A stretch of DNA of 64,000 nucleotides from NCBI GenBank assembly GCA_016618085.1, contig JABLTG010000119.1, positions 1 through 64,000 of the forward strand. Direction: 5' to 3'. Shown here piece by piece: positions 24,001-37,749 of this stretch (positions are counted from its first letter, which is position 1; each line of letters starts with the position of its first letter). The notes below the pieces were generated by a model that was not told where the DNA came from, did no database searches, and was given only the letters and a program-made list of their open reading frames with translations. This stretch comes from Neovahlkampfia damariscottae. Lineage: Eukaryota. The translations under genes and the position numbers were made by a program.

Positions 24001-27000
24001 AAATCAAAACTAAGAACATTCTAATTTTGAACATTTCTTCGTCATTTGTACATTGATCTTTGATTAATTTAATTAATTCATCTTTAGATTTAAATGATTT
24101 CTGGAATTTCAAATAAATATCATCTTTCATGAATGGAAAATTATGAGTGATTAAAAAAGAATCATCAAGCAAATAATTTTCCAAGTTGAACATTTCTATC
24201 ACTTTTGAATCTTTTGTTTTCAACAACTTCAATAATTTTTCTTCCATATTGATTTCACCAATTAAAAATTTGATGTTTTCTTGAACAGAAAAGAATTCTT
24301 TTGAATTTTCAAATTTCTCTTGAGTTAAATCATTAACATAATCTTCAATTGATGTTTTATCACTTTCAATAATGGTTTTGAATGTATTTATAATAGATTT
24401 GTTCATAAATTTGTGTTCCAATTTTGATAAAGTATTCATTGGTTTCATTTTGAGGTAATCCTTCAATTCAACACCCATATTCATATTTAACAAATATCCT
24501 TTGACAATGTGAATTAAATATGTTTCATCAGTTTCTTTGACATTCCTCAACTCTAATTCTAACAAGTCTCTATGATTTTTGTAAACTCCTAAATGATCAA
24601 AAACATAAGCGAAATATGAAATTGAAACCAAATTCCAAACTTTTAAGTCTTTTCTATTGCAAATCAAAAGAAAATGTTTTGTATATTGAACTTCATCAAA
24701 TAGAACATTTTCCAAAATATCCAATAAACAGCAGGTCAAAAATTCGCCCACCTTTGATTGATCATCATTTTGTGAGATTAAATTACACAAAATATCATCA
24801 AATTTTGAATGAAGTGAATCAATTTCATATTCAATGGAATGAGGAATTTTTTGGAATATTTCAAAATAATTTGATAGAATGATGATATAATTTGCAATGT
24901 TGAAAGTTTTTCTATCAAGATATTCTATATTTTTTGGTGAAATCACAAACTTGATTTTTTGAACTTTTTCACTCCAAATTGAGAAATCATCATCTGCAAA
25001 TTTCACTTGAGAGTATGCTGTTCTTATCATTTGTTTGAATAAACTTGGAATCAATTCGTCAAAGTCTCGAACATCTTCAAACAGTTCTTCAAATCTTTTA
25101 AGAATTTCATCATTGCCAAATGCCAGAAAATGACATTCAATCAATTTAATATTTTGATGATTTTCATGCATGAATTGATAAATTGAAAATATTGAAGTTT
25201 TTTTTCCTTTTGCAATTGAATACAACCAACTAAAAATTTCACCAAATTCATGAAAGTAAAAATCAATGAATGTATGTTGAAATTTTGCAAATAAATCATC
25301 ATCATTTTCTATCTTTGTAAGAATGGAACAAAGTTCATCATCTTTTAAAATGATTTTTGAAAATGATGTTTCAAGTGATTCATATTTAAATGTTATTTTT
25401 TCTGCGTCTGAATAATATTTTTTAATCAATCCATCAACAACAGAAAAACATGGAAATTTTTCTTCAACGATCAAATATTTAGAAATAAAATGATCATCCC
25501 AAGCAATGTTGACTGTGGTATTATTCAAATAATGCAACAGAATATCTTTCACTATTTTTTTTTCATTTGGAGCAATAAGTTTATTCTCTGAAATGTTCTT
25601 CATTTGTTTGACAACAATATCCATAAATTTCATAATGATGGATCCCAATTTATTTTCAAGTGAAAACTGAATCAAATCAATGATACCATCAACTGAGAAT
25701 CCAGAAATTACATTTTTAGAAATTTCTTCAACAATCATTGAAAGATATTCACTTAACCAAGATGAATTGAAGTATGAGCACACAATTTCTTTCAAATATT
25801 TTTCATTTTTGAATTGTTTCATGAAATTTTGGAATTGTAGTTTTAATCCTGCGTCTTTTCGAATATCCAGATGAGTAATAGAAAAAAATCCAATAGATTC
25901 ATTTAGGACTGCATTTAGTGGCTCTTCTATTTGAATTTCTAATTCTTTGGGATTAATTTGATCTAAATTTGATGCAGTCATGAACCACCATCTTGAGTCA
26001 ATCTGAAGTTCTTTTGGTGTTGGTTTATAAGAATCAATATAAACAAAATTCCAATGATTAAGATAAATAGTGTCATAAACAGATTTTCTTTGGATTTCAG
26101 AAGAAAAATGAATAACTATGCAAACTGTAACATTTGACTTTCTCTTTTCATATTTCTCATCAAACATTGTTTTAAAGTAGTTGAATTGATCACGTTTGAC
26201 ACGACCAACATCACAGAGGCACATCAAACAACCTTTTTTTGATCTAAAAAAGTTTTCAATTTCAATATCACATTGCTCTTGAGAATCGATACTTGCAATA
26301 TCTAAAACTTTTAGTTCATTCGGATCTTCAATGATTTCCTTTTGCAATTCAACATTTGATTGAAGTAAACCAATTTTTCCAGATGATCTTGTGTATATGA
26401 CCCATTTTTTATAGCTTTCTTCTTTCTTTAAAAATGCTGATTTCAGAAAATTCACAACAGATAAATGTTCTTGTTGACATAAGTATTGATGTAGATATGC
26501 ACTTGGAAGATATTCTTTTTGAAGATATATTGAATCAGGTCTAGCAATTTGAAGTAAAATGTAATTACATTTTCTGATAAATTCTCTGACTCTAGCTTTT
26601 GGATTTTCATTTCTCAAATCATAATCTTCGGCATCGATCAATTGAAAATTGTTTTCAATTTTAAACGGACTTGGAATCAAAGGAACATCTGAATCTTGAT
26701 TAAATACATTAATTAACAAAGATTTGACAGTTTCAGTATCTTTATAACCATAGAATGTTTCAGGTGTAAAAAGTTTCACAAAATCTTTCACCCCATTTTC
26801 AATTAAAGTGGCTAATTCTTTTTTATCCATCATATGATCAAATTTCGGTTCAAAAACACTTTCATATCCAAAAATGTATTTTTCAAAACGATTCAAAAAT
26901 GGAAGTGGAGCTTTTTTGTATTCTGAAAGAGGAATATGAACAATTAATTGAAAATTTTGATGAACTTGACATTTTCTTGAGTATGCTCCTATTGCTACGT

Positions 27001-30000
27001 TTGCATAGTACTTGTTCCCTTCTTTTGTTGGTACAATTGAAAAATGTTTGTTGAATACATCATAAAGATTAGAACTGATTGACATTGAATTGACTAAAAC
27101 AACAGTTTCTCCCTCTTCCATTGCACGTTTAATTTTTGAAATTACTTGAGACTTTGAAAATGAATTATCATCTTTTTGAAAATCAGAAATTGAACAAATA
27201 ATTGATTTTTCCCTTTCAAGAATATTTTGAGAATATAATAGATCCAAAGCGACTTGAGTTTCAGTTGGATCAACTATCATAACATAACGAAAAGGTGCAT
27301 GGTTTGGATCTTCATTTTCTTTTACTCTATCATCAATAGCATCTTTAATCAAAGATAAATTTGACATGATGTCTTTTTTGAGTGGCATTGTAAATTCATC
27401 CAATTCCTTGTTAATGCAATTAAAGAAGTGTTTGGCAATTTTTTCAAAGTATTGTGGAGGAACTCCATTGAAATTTCTTTGTAAACTGTGATAGACTTTT
27501 TCTGGTGTGATTTTTGGACTTTCTCTTGTGATCATTCTCAAGAAATAAATAAAGTCACGAGGTTGAAATAATTCAAAATCTTCAGATTCCATCCATTCTC
27601 TTATTATCTCATTCACTTTTTTGTATGCATCAATAATTCCGTTCATAATTTTAGCATCTCTATTTGATGGTTTTTGATTTTCAAACAAACAACCCATGGC
27701 TAAATTTATCAAATCATTATCACTAGAATCCGGTTGATGGAGTTGCAATGCACGACTTGTTTTCGCAGCATCCAAAATTGTGTTCGAAATAATAACAAAT
27801 GCTACCTTTGGATGATCCAAATAATAATGAATCACCTTCAATGCATGTCTCTCAGTTTTTGGTAAACCTGCTTCATCTAAAAATACCAAAAAAATATCAT
27901 CAAATAATCCTTTTTTAAAGTTTTCCATTTGCTTCATTTGACCTTTGCATACCATTTCAATTTCTTGTGAAGTAGAGTATTGAGAGCATTGATAATGTGC
28001 TTGATGCACTTTTTTTATAAAACTAAAACAAGATTCATCTAACCTGCTGGCAATATTAAAGCTCAGTGTTTTAGATGTTCCTGGAGGACCTGTGATAAAT
28101 AAAGGAATACCTGCCTGGACACAAATTACATTGCAAAATAAATTCTCCATCAATGCTTGGGTTTTTGCAATTCCTTTCGGTATTTGTTGTTTTTTCATTA
28201 AAACATTGAAAAATTCTTCCAGTTCAATATTCATTGTTTTTTCAATGGAAATTCTTTCATTAAAATGATTATAAACATAAAATTCAAATTGTTCAGAGAA
28301 ATTTCTTCTTAAGGAAGGAGGTAATCTAAAATAGTATGACATTGCAATAGTAACAATAATATTTGTTGTGTCATCACAATTTTTCAAGCATTTGAGTTTT
28401 GTAAAGAAGTTATAAAGCGTTGAAACACGTGTAATATCTCTAATTGACGGAACAATATTTTCCAAATTTGCCAATTCAGCACTTGAACCAACATTTTTTC
28501 CTTTTAAATCCAAGATGTAATTTTGGCACCACAATACATACTTCTCTAATTTTGCGACACTCTTTTTTTCAATAAGTGCTTCATCATAAAGATTGTGAGC
28601 GAATTCTTTTTGTTGTTCAGTGTTTAATTGTTCAAAGTCTAAAATTATATTTTTCATACTAGATGGCATTTTTTTAACAACGTATTTTGGATCATTTGTA
28701 TCTGCGTTGACTGTTGGTGGATTTATGGCTCCAATGAAATAAATTGTGTCTGGAATTTTCTTTCCATCCATCATTTTGTCAATGAAGATTTCTTTCATCA
28801 ATCCTGGATAAGAACAAGTGTTCAATTCATCAACAAAAACAACACTCACAATATTTTTTGAATTGATTTGATTATTTTGATACTTTTGGATTGTTTGATT
28901 GTGCATATGAATAATATGATTGATTTTTGAACGAATAGTCTCAATGGTCAATTGTCCATGCATCAATATTTTAAAATATAAATTTTTTGGAGCTGTGAGA
29001 TAAACTTCTTCGATAAATGTCATGATTTGTGATGCCTTTTGGATTTTAAAATTTTCTGTTTTTGAAGCATCAATCATTTCCTTGACATAAGAAGTTTTCT
29101 CGATTAATGGATATTTTTCATAGATCATCTTGTCAATTAAATTGAATAGTAATTTTGAAAAAAGTGTCAAAAACATGAAATCTTTCATATTTTTTGATTT
29201 TTCATCAATTTTCTTCAAAACTTCGAATAAATATTCAAGTTTTTGTTCACTGAGAAATTGGGAAATATAACTATTTGGTGAATAAAGTTCTTGTTGAAAA
29301 ATATCTTCAAATAGTTTCACTTTGATGACTTTATCATCTTGAACTTCTTCTTTGAAATTTTTGTTCAACCAATCCATTAATTTCTTTCTTTCTTCATCTG
29401 AAACAAATTGAGAAAAATTAAATTCTTCTGTTTTTTTGTATATTTTAGAAGCAGCATCCAAAAGATATACAAATATTTGATAAAATATTCTTTCTTTATC
29501 AGGAGTCAAATCAAAGTCGCAATTAATAATTTCTGAAAAAATTTTCACCAGTTCACTTTTACCACAACCTGTTTCTCCTTCCAAAATAGTGTTCACACCA
29601 ATTTTTCTTCTTTCATTCATGAATAATAATTTTGTTCCAAAATCCAAGGTGAGAACATATTTTTGTCTTTTCAAAATGTGCCATAACTTATTTGTATTGT
29701 CACCAATGCCCAGTGCTAAAGACATTTCAGAACGAAATAAAGCAAGGTTTTTGATCAAATTCTCCTTTGAATAACCTGGATAACTGTTATCATTGTCATT
29801 AAGTTTGATCAATGAAATAGTTGGATAATCTCCTTGTTTCATTCTTAATGAAAATGAAATAGGTAAATTCGTCCAATCTTGTTTAATATTGTTGTTGCTC
29901 ATCACTTCACATTCTTGAACAAAAAATTCAACAGATTTTGTGTAAAACTTTGGAATACTAATTAATAGATATTCTTGTCCATTGATGTTAAATTCAGTTC

Positions 30001-33000
30001 GATTTTTATAGTATTTAAAGATGACAAGTAAGAATTTACATCTTTCATACATCAAATTGATGAACAAAGATTGATGGAATACTGTGGATGAAACTTTGCT
30101 TTGTTGAAAGTATCTATCCAATTCGCCAATTGATTCTTTATCTGACAAAAGTAATTTGTTATCATAAATATCTGAAATTGAATTTTCAACGTTGTTTCTG
30201 CATTTTATGAAGATTGAAACTAATTTTGATTTTTCGTTTATAATTAATTTCTCTTCAATGGTTTTTATGGATTTTGAAAATAATTTTGCAGTAGGTACTC
30301 TCTTGAAGAAATTATCAGGTCGAACTGGTATTTCAATAAAAAATGTGAATTTTTGATCAAGTGTTGGGAATTCAATATCTCCATTTCCATCAATAAATAA
30401 CCCATAAAAAAAAAAGTTGAAAAAAAACTTTTCTAACTCTTCATAATTACCAAATATCGAAACATTAAAATGAATTCCAATATGTGAATGTTTTTTAACT
30501 GATTGATATTTGAATAAGAATTTTGAAGTTGAAAAATCTTCATTTACAGGAACTACTATTTTGACACAATCAATAGATGACATTTCTCTTTGAATATAAT
30601 TTGACTTTCCACATAAATCATATTTTCCTGCAACACAATTAATTTCTGAATTCCAAAGTCCAATATTTCTGAAAAAATGTTCATGTAAACTATCATAATT
30701 TTCAGAATCAAATGTGATAGATTTTAGAAATGAAAATGAATCAGTTCCTCTTTTTGTTGTGAATAAGTAATAAGTTTTTCCGAATTCTGCTTCTTCATCA
30801 CATTCCAATCTCATCAATTCATCTCTTACAGATCCCAATAAATTTTCAACTTTGTAAACTATGTATTTCATATTTTGAAAGTGTTTTCTGCGAGCATGAA
30901 ACCAGTGCACATCGGAAATTGAACTTTTTCTTGAACAAAAAAATATTTGAGATTGATGCAGAGGTGCAAAAAGTTGATTTCTAACTTTTGGTATGACTTC
31001 TTTTGGATCAACTTTTTCAATTTTTTGACACAATGATATGCTACCAACATCAAATACATTCAACATTAATAAAAGTTGTTTCATTGGATCAGAGTTAAAA
31101 CATGTTATAACTTCACTTTTCTCTGTCTCTTCAAAATTTGGAGTCATAGGAATATATTTTTGTAATTCATCTATCAAGAGCTTCATTTGTTCAACTTCAT
31201 CTACAAATTTTTTTTTTTTTAAATCTAATAAAATTTCTTTGACCAAATCAGAGGGAATTTTAGAAAAGCATTTAGAAAATTCATTTCCAAAACAAACAAA
31301 TATGAAAGGTAAAAGGAGATTTACGAACTGATCTGTGATACTTTCAAACTGAATTCTGTTACATAAGTTCATAAATTTAATCAATTGAAATTTTGTCAAT
31401 AACAATAATTGAGGAATATCTTGCAACTTTTCTAAATTGTTTTTCCAAATTTGATGAATTTCTTGAAGTTTTTCTATCTTTTTTTTCAAATTTTTGATAG
31501 AGATTCCGGAATCTGTCAAGAAACAAGATTTAACAGGATCAATGTAATCAATATGACCAGATTCTTCAAGTTGAAAAAGCACATCTTTGCATTGTATTCC
31601 AATTTCATAACAACTAATGAAATCTTTAATTTCTGCATTTGAATCTGATTCATCAGTACCTTTTTCCAATTCTGTCAAGTAAAATATTGCACTTCTTTTG
31701 AAATCATTGAGTTCTTCTTCTGAAAATATGCTTTCATTGATTTCATTCTCATTAGCTTTATATTTGATTCTAATTTGAGGTCCATCTGGATGAGAATTTA
31801 ATAAAACTTCGAAATTTCCTTTTTTCAACATTTTAACAGCAAAAAATAAATTTTCAGAAGTTAAACGACTTGTCCTTGAAAACCAAATTCTTATTTGATT
31901 GAAATTCAATAAAATATTTTCCAAAGAATGTAATCCTTCTTCACAAGTATCTTCTGTTGGAAATGTTTTGATGAATGTTTTTGATATCTCATCCAATGAA
32001 GTTTCTGTTGAAGAAAATAATTTGAGTATATCAAATAACTTTTTCAAATCACTTAATACATTCATTTCAAAATCATTTTTCTGAAGTCCAGTCATTAAAA
32101 TGTTTGTTTTTTCTTCAAATTCATTTCTTCCATTAAAATTATCTTTTAAAAAAGAAACGAAGCCACTTGCTTCAGCTATTTTTTTAAAGAAATTCAAATG
32201 ATAATTTTTCATATCTTTTAATATCATTTTAACATTTTTTAATTCTTCTGAAATGTCGTTGATCATTATCTCTTTACTCATAATGTCATTTGATAAATTG
32301 ATCATTTCATCAGTCAAACATTTCATGTGGTATTTTTTTAAACATGCAACTAGTTCAGGTGCTGCTTTTATATACTCTAAAATGATTAAACAATCCTCTA
32401 ATTTGGAAATATCAAAATTCTTATCTTGAGAAATTGCAGAAAAAAAATTTGAAATTATTTTTGATTCTTGTTTGATTGATTTATTTGAATTTCTTAGAGC
32501 CATGATAACTCCACTTGCTTTTGCTTCAATATCTTTTAATTTGATATTTTGTTCAACAAAAACAGCTTGTAAGAATTTCAATGTTTCATCAATCACTTTG
32601 TTCATGTCATTCTCTTGTTCAAGGTAATATTTGGAAAGTTGATCAAATAAAGCACTTCTGTTTTCACAAAAATATGTAATAGCATGAATAGTATCATCTG
32701 ATAATTGTTGTTCTTTCAATAAATCCATTAGGTTCATAAAAGTCATTTCTAAATTTTGTAAAGTTTCATTTTCGATAAAATTGAAATCCAGTTGACAATA
32801 ATTGACAGAATTTAACCATTTGATTGTACTTGAGTATTTTTTGATGTTTTTCAAAATTTTTTGAAATTTGAATTCAAATTTTTCAAAAACACCTGATTTG
32901 AAAGTTGGATCAGCTGCTTCACAAAGAATTCCAACTCCTTTATTTTTAACACACAGAAGTATATCTGAGTATTTTAGGTTTTCTTCTTTGATTTCATTCA

Positions 33001-34791
33001 AAAATTCTCGGTAAACGGAGTAAATCTAAATTTAACAAATTTTTTTTTTTACTTTTTTGTCAATCAATCTTGAATAGATTTCATATTCTTCTTTGTATTT
33101 ATTTTCTCCTTTTAAAGTTTTTTCAAAATCAAAAAAAACTTGAAGTGAATCTTTTGAATTTCTTCCAAAATGTGGGTTGAAACGAAGGTGTTTAATTGGC
33201 TGAAATCTCAAAGCTGTTGTGAACATAACAACTTTAAAATAAGTCACCTTGTAACTTGTTAGATTGTATAAAAATGACGTGTCATGTTTAGATTTCAAAT
33301 AATGAGTTCCATGATCACTTGAAAAAAAACGATTTGCAAAATATTCGCAAACATGAATATACATCAACGGAACAAGATTCGAAGAAGATTCAACATGTTT
33401 TGTTTCTAAGTCTAGTGAAGACAGTTTTTTTTGGTCAATGTTAAATTTTCCATTCTAATTTTTTAGTCATTTTTACTCTTACGTTTTTCATCAATTTTTT
33501 CAATAAACCTTTTCCATCATTAAGTTTTTCATAAAATTCAGATAAACCACTTGAATTGAACACAAACATTAAAAATTCGATTAAAGATATATTTGAATTT
33601 TCCATCACAGAAAGTAGCATTTCCTTAAATTTTGGTTCATCCAAATCTTTTGAATAACAAGAATATAACTGAACAAGATTATCAACTCTGTGTTCTTTCT
33701 TGGAAGTTGAAATCATATCTCCAAATGAAATTAGAATATCATTTTTTGCAAAACTGTCAAACGATGTCAAAAAAAAAAATTGTGTAAATACGTTATTAGT
33801 TGGGAAGTGGTGATTTTTTGGTTCATATTTTGAACTTCTTTTAACATTTTATCCTTTGAATAACTATAAATCCTTTGGTCTTCAGTTTTTAAAAGATTCA
33901 ACATCGCAAACAATTGGGTTTCTTTTCCCATTTCAATACAATGTTTTACAAGGATTCCAAAAGCAATTGAAACATCTAATTTTCTTTCTCTGAATATTAA
34001 TAAAGCTTTTGTCCAATATAGAATATTTTTCTTTTCCCATGACATAATTGCATGGCAACACATAGTAAAGTCAATTAGAATAATTTCTCTTTCAGAAAAG
34101 TGTTCAACAAAGTTTTCAGGTGTCACATTCTACCAATAAATAAAAATGATTGATTTACCTTTAATGATTTTAACATGATCTTTTGAAGTTCTGTAATCGA
34201 AAAATCTGCTCCTGAACTTTTGAGTAATTGTTGAATGTTTTTTTTTTCTGCTTGGAAAATTGATAAAGCTTTAAGAAGTCCAATATCATCATATTCATAA
34301 AAACAGTCCTTCCACTTTTTTTTCATTGCTACCGATGAATCAGAATTACTAATCATTGAAACTAAAGTAATTTTTAAGTCTTCTTCTAAATTTGAAACAG
34401 TTTCTGGAGTATAAGCTTTCAGAGCCGATCTATAATACTTCTTTTTGCACATTTTAATTATTTCATCAAATCTGCTTGAAACTGTAAAATGGAGGAGCTT
34501 CATTATTTCAAGAAGTTCTTGTTGATATTTTATCGGTTTTTTTTCGAGTAAATAGCAGCTACAAAGAGCAATAGGAAGGTAATCTACCAAATTTGTTTGA
34601 TGGTCTTTATAATGAAAATAGAATTTTTTTATAAACTGAACTATTTTTTCTTCATAATTTCTGAGATAAGCTTTCTTGTACCAATAAAAAGACATTTCAT
34701 CTGTAATTGACGTAAAGTCTTTAATTCTAGACGTGGGTGTCAACTTTGAAATCTGTTCTTCACACTTCCACGAGAAATAATAACTGGACAT
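21044..34791 (-). CDS. RNF213/mysterin-like giant AAA+ ATPase (~4,500 aa) with C-terminal SAM domain; 5 exons
   Basis: LEGETGCGKS, VFVDELNT, IAKTQALMENLF...IPLFITGPPGTSKTLS, YQCSQYST, FLDEAGL and PLPFLNRFEK parallel RNF213 motifs in order. C-terminal VAEFLNSIKLGEYVDNF...LIGISKPGHINKI is SAM-like. Four short introns link the ORFs starting at 34791, 34126, 33770, 33367 and 33001. Confidence 0.85.
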
Positions 34792-34880
34792 CAGTTGTTA
34801 TGAGAACCAATCAAATGTTGATGCTATAAATAGCCCAGGTAAATTGAAATTTCGAAAATTTTGCAAATCGAAAAAAATTT

Positions 34881-36283
34881 TTAATTTTTTTTTTCTGTTG
34901 GTTTTTCGACTTTTGATGCTCTTACATGTTTCCATTGATGTTTTAAATCATAATATAAGATATAAAGACCAGAGAAACCAACAAAAATTAAAGTACCAAA
35001 ATATAACATTGGACCATATGGAATATAATTAACAATAAGATATCCAATTCCAATATAAACAGCCCATCCAACAATAAAATTCATCAAATAATCCCAAAAT
35101 CTAAAAATACATTCAATTTTTTGAATTTCTTACGAATCTTGAAATTGATATCGTTTTCCTGGAAATCTTTGATGCTCATCAAAATATTCTAAAAGTTCAT
35201 CTTTTTCTTCAAATAATTTGACCAACCATTTGTCTGTATCTTTTGGAATATCACTTATTTTATATTTTTTATAGTAAGTATGAATTCTAACAGGTTGCTC
35301 TTCTCCTTTACTAAGTGGATAAAAGAATTCTTTTAATGTTGGAGGATCAAATTCAGCTAATTTTCCTAAACAAAAATATGAACACAAATGATTGTATCCT
35401 TACCACAATATGGTTTTTCAAAAGCAATAGTAAGATCAACAACATAATCAAATGCTTCTCTTGTTTCCATGACTAATGAAAATCCTTGTGTTCTTGGAAA
35501 TAGAACATAATTCAATTTCTTTTCGTTATGGTCAATACTCCACTTATGAGATTTCTCAATAAGCCATTCATTATCTGAAGTTGCAAAAGTACCTTCTGGA
35601 TATAAAACTAACATATTATCTGTATTATTTTTCATAAAACCAGTCAATTTTTCCTTCATGTAAGGTTTGTCCACTTTAATATCTCTTGTGAGAAAAATCT
35701 TGAAAATTTAAAATAGAAAAGTATTACCATATCTTTTGAAAAGTTATTAATTTCTTTTTTTATTACCATGGAGTTGACAGGTCCATCCAGCAATTGGTAC
35801 TGTGCTATGTTGCATTTTTAAAAAAAATCTTAAAGCTCCTTCACTGTTTCTGGCAGCAGTTGAGAGTTGAATTAACCAATCTGCAGATGAACAATGATTT
35901 GAAAGAACTATTTTCTTTCCTTCTGAGATTCCACCTTCATAATCACCATAAATCTAATTAAAATTTTTCAAAATGAAAATAAATTTTGTTACGTAAGTTG
36001 GAATACCAACAAAAAAGTTTGTCATAAAAAGATGCATTTTAGAAGCATGACACCACACCATAGATTCACATTTTTGATATAAACCAGTGTGGAAAAGTCT
36101 AATTGGTGCAAAAATAAAGCCAAACAACAAAACATGAAGCATTGTAAGAGTTTGTGCAAAACCACTCAACAATAAAACAATTACTCTTAATACCATATAG
36201 TCTGGTGTATATACATATGGTATATTCGGTTTTGAAACATAAACTTTTTCAAGTTCATCTTCATTTTGTTTTGTCTTTGACAT
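34881..36283 (-). CDS. Lysophospholipid acyltransferase (LCLAT1/AGPAT-like), paralog B; 6 exons
   Basis: Same motifs as paralog A (KKIVLSNHCSSADWLIQL, DNMLVLYPEGTF, KPYCGKL.EFDPP); micro-exon ATATG at 35728-35732. Confidence 0.88.
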
Positions 36284-36338
36284 TAATTTTGACCAATGAA
36301 TATGATTCGGAAAAATCAACGGTTCTCAAAATGAGTAT

Positions 36339-37690
36339 TTATTTTTTTTGTTTTACGGTGAATAGTCTTTTGGCTTTTCGAAAATGTTCATTAATTTCAA
36401 CCAAGGAGTTATGTTTATTCTCAAAATAATGATAAAACTCTCGTTCAGCGAAGAAATTTGCAACTATCCAAAAATCTTTTCTTGTTCTGATATACACCTC
36501 TTTTAAACCATCTTTACTATTCATATTAAACATATTTCTAATTTCAGAAATCAATTCTAGAGTATCTTGATTGATAATTTTTTGATTTGGATTGGTTAAA
36601 GAAGATTTGAATGCTAAATTCATTCTATTAAAATAAACATATCTATAAAGTTCATCATAACTTTGAAAATTTTAATTTTTTTAAAAATCTTACTTTTGAG
36701 TCAAATTTAAATTGTCAGGTAAAACATCATTGATTTGCATCAATTCTTCATCTAAAAATGATTTTAATTCAATTGAAACATCTTTCTCTTCATCTAATAA
36801 TAAAAGTATTTTCATCTTTTTTACACCAGAATAAATTATTGGGTAGTAAAATTCATCATCAAAATAAATTTTTTTTTTATCCAGTTGATGAAAACCGTTT
36901 GAGTCAACTTTTGCATCCTTAAATAAAACCTCACATGTTTTTACATTTTCATGTTTCATTAAACTGAAAATGACGAAATTTTCAAAATAAAAAATTCCAC
37001 TTTTCACAATTTCAAATTTATCAAAAATTTGATTAAAAAAAGATTGAATTAATAAAAATACGGCACTGTCAACAGGTATAAAACTTAAACCATTGAATAT
37101 ATCAGTAACTTCCATTTTTTCAATTCTTAATTTTAAGTGATTCACTTTTTCATCAAAGAATTCTTTCAATGTAATTTTGAGCTGATCAACGTTTGATTTT
37201 TCAACAATTTTATCCATAGGTGAATAAAACATCTTAAATTCTTCATATGAAGTCAACATTAAATTATTCAAAAATTCATGTGAATTCTTGTTTGAGGATT
37301 CTTCTTTTTGTTCATCAAATCTATTTATAATCATAATCATCCAATAACCAGGTTCAACTTCTAGAAAAACATGTTTTTGTTTTTTATTGAACATATAATC
37401 ACATGGTTTTTTTGGTGAGAAATCTCTATTTAATTTTAATTTTTTTTTTTTTTTAACTTTGTGAATTGAATCAGAGCTTCACTTAAACCAACTCGTTTTT
37501 GTTGTTCACCAAGATTTACTTTTATTCAATAAATTTTTTTTTCTTTACTATCATTTGGATAAAAATATAAAATTTTTTCATGTTCTGTTTCTTCTGTTTT
37601 TCCTTCAAATTTTGAATTATAGATGAATAATCTATGTAATGAAGATTCAATTGAACCTCTATTAAATATATTTTTTGTTGATAATTTCAT
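36339..37690 (-). CDS. CCZ1: CCZ1 (Mon1-Ccz1 Rab7 GEF subunit); 4 exons
   Basis: LFIYNSKFEGKTEETEHEKILYFYP...KRVGLSEALIQFTK...FLEVEPGYWMIM; C-terminal YFNRMNLAFKS, DFWIV...REFY, SLVEINE. Confidence 0.85.
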
Positions 37691-37749
37691 TTTTTCGTGC
37701 TTTTGACAAAAGAGTTTGATTGGTCAAATAAAAAAAAGAAGATTTTATT

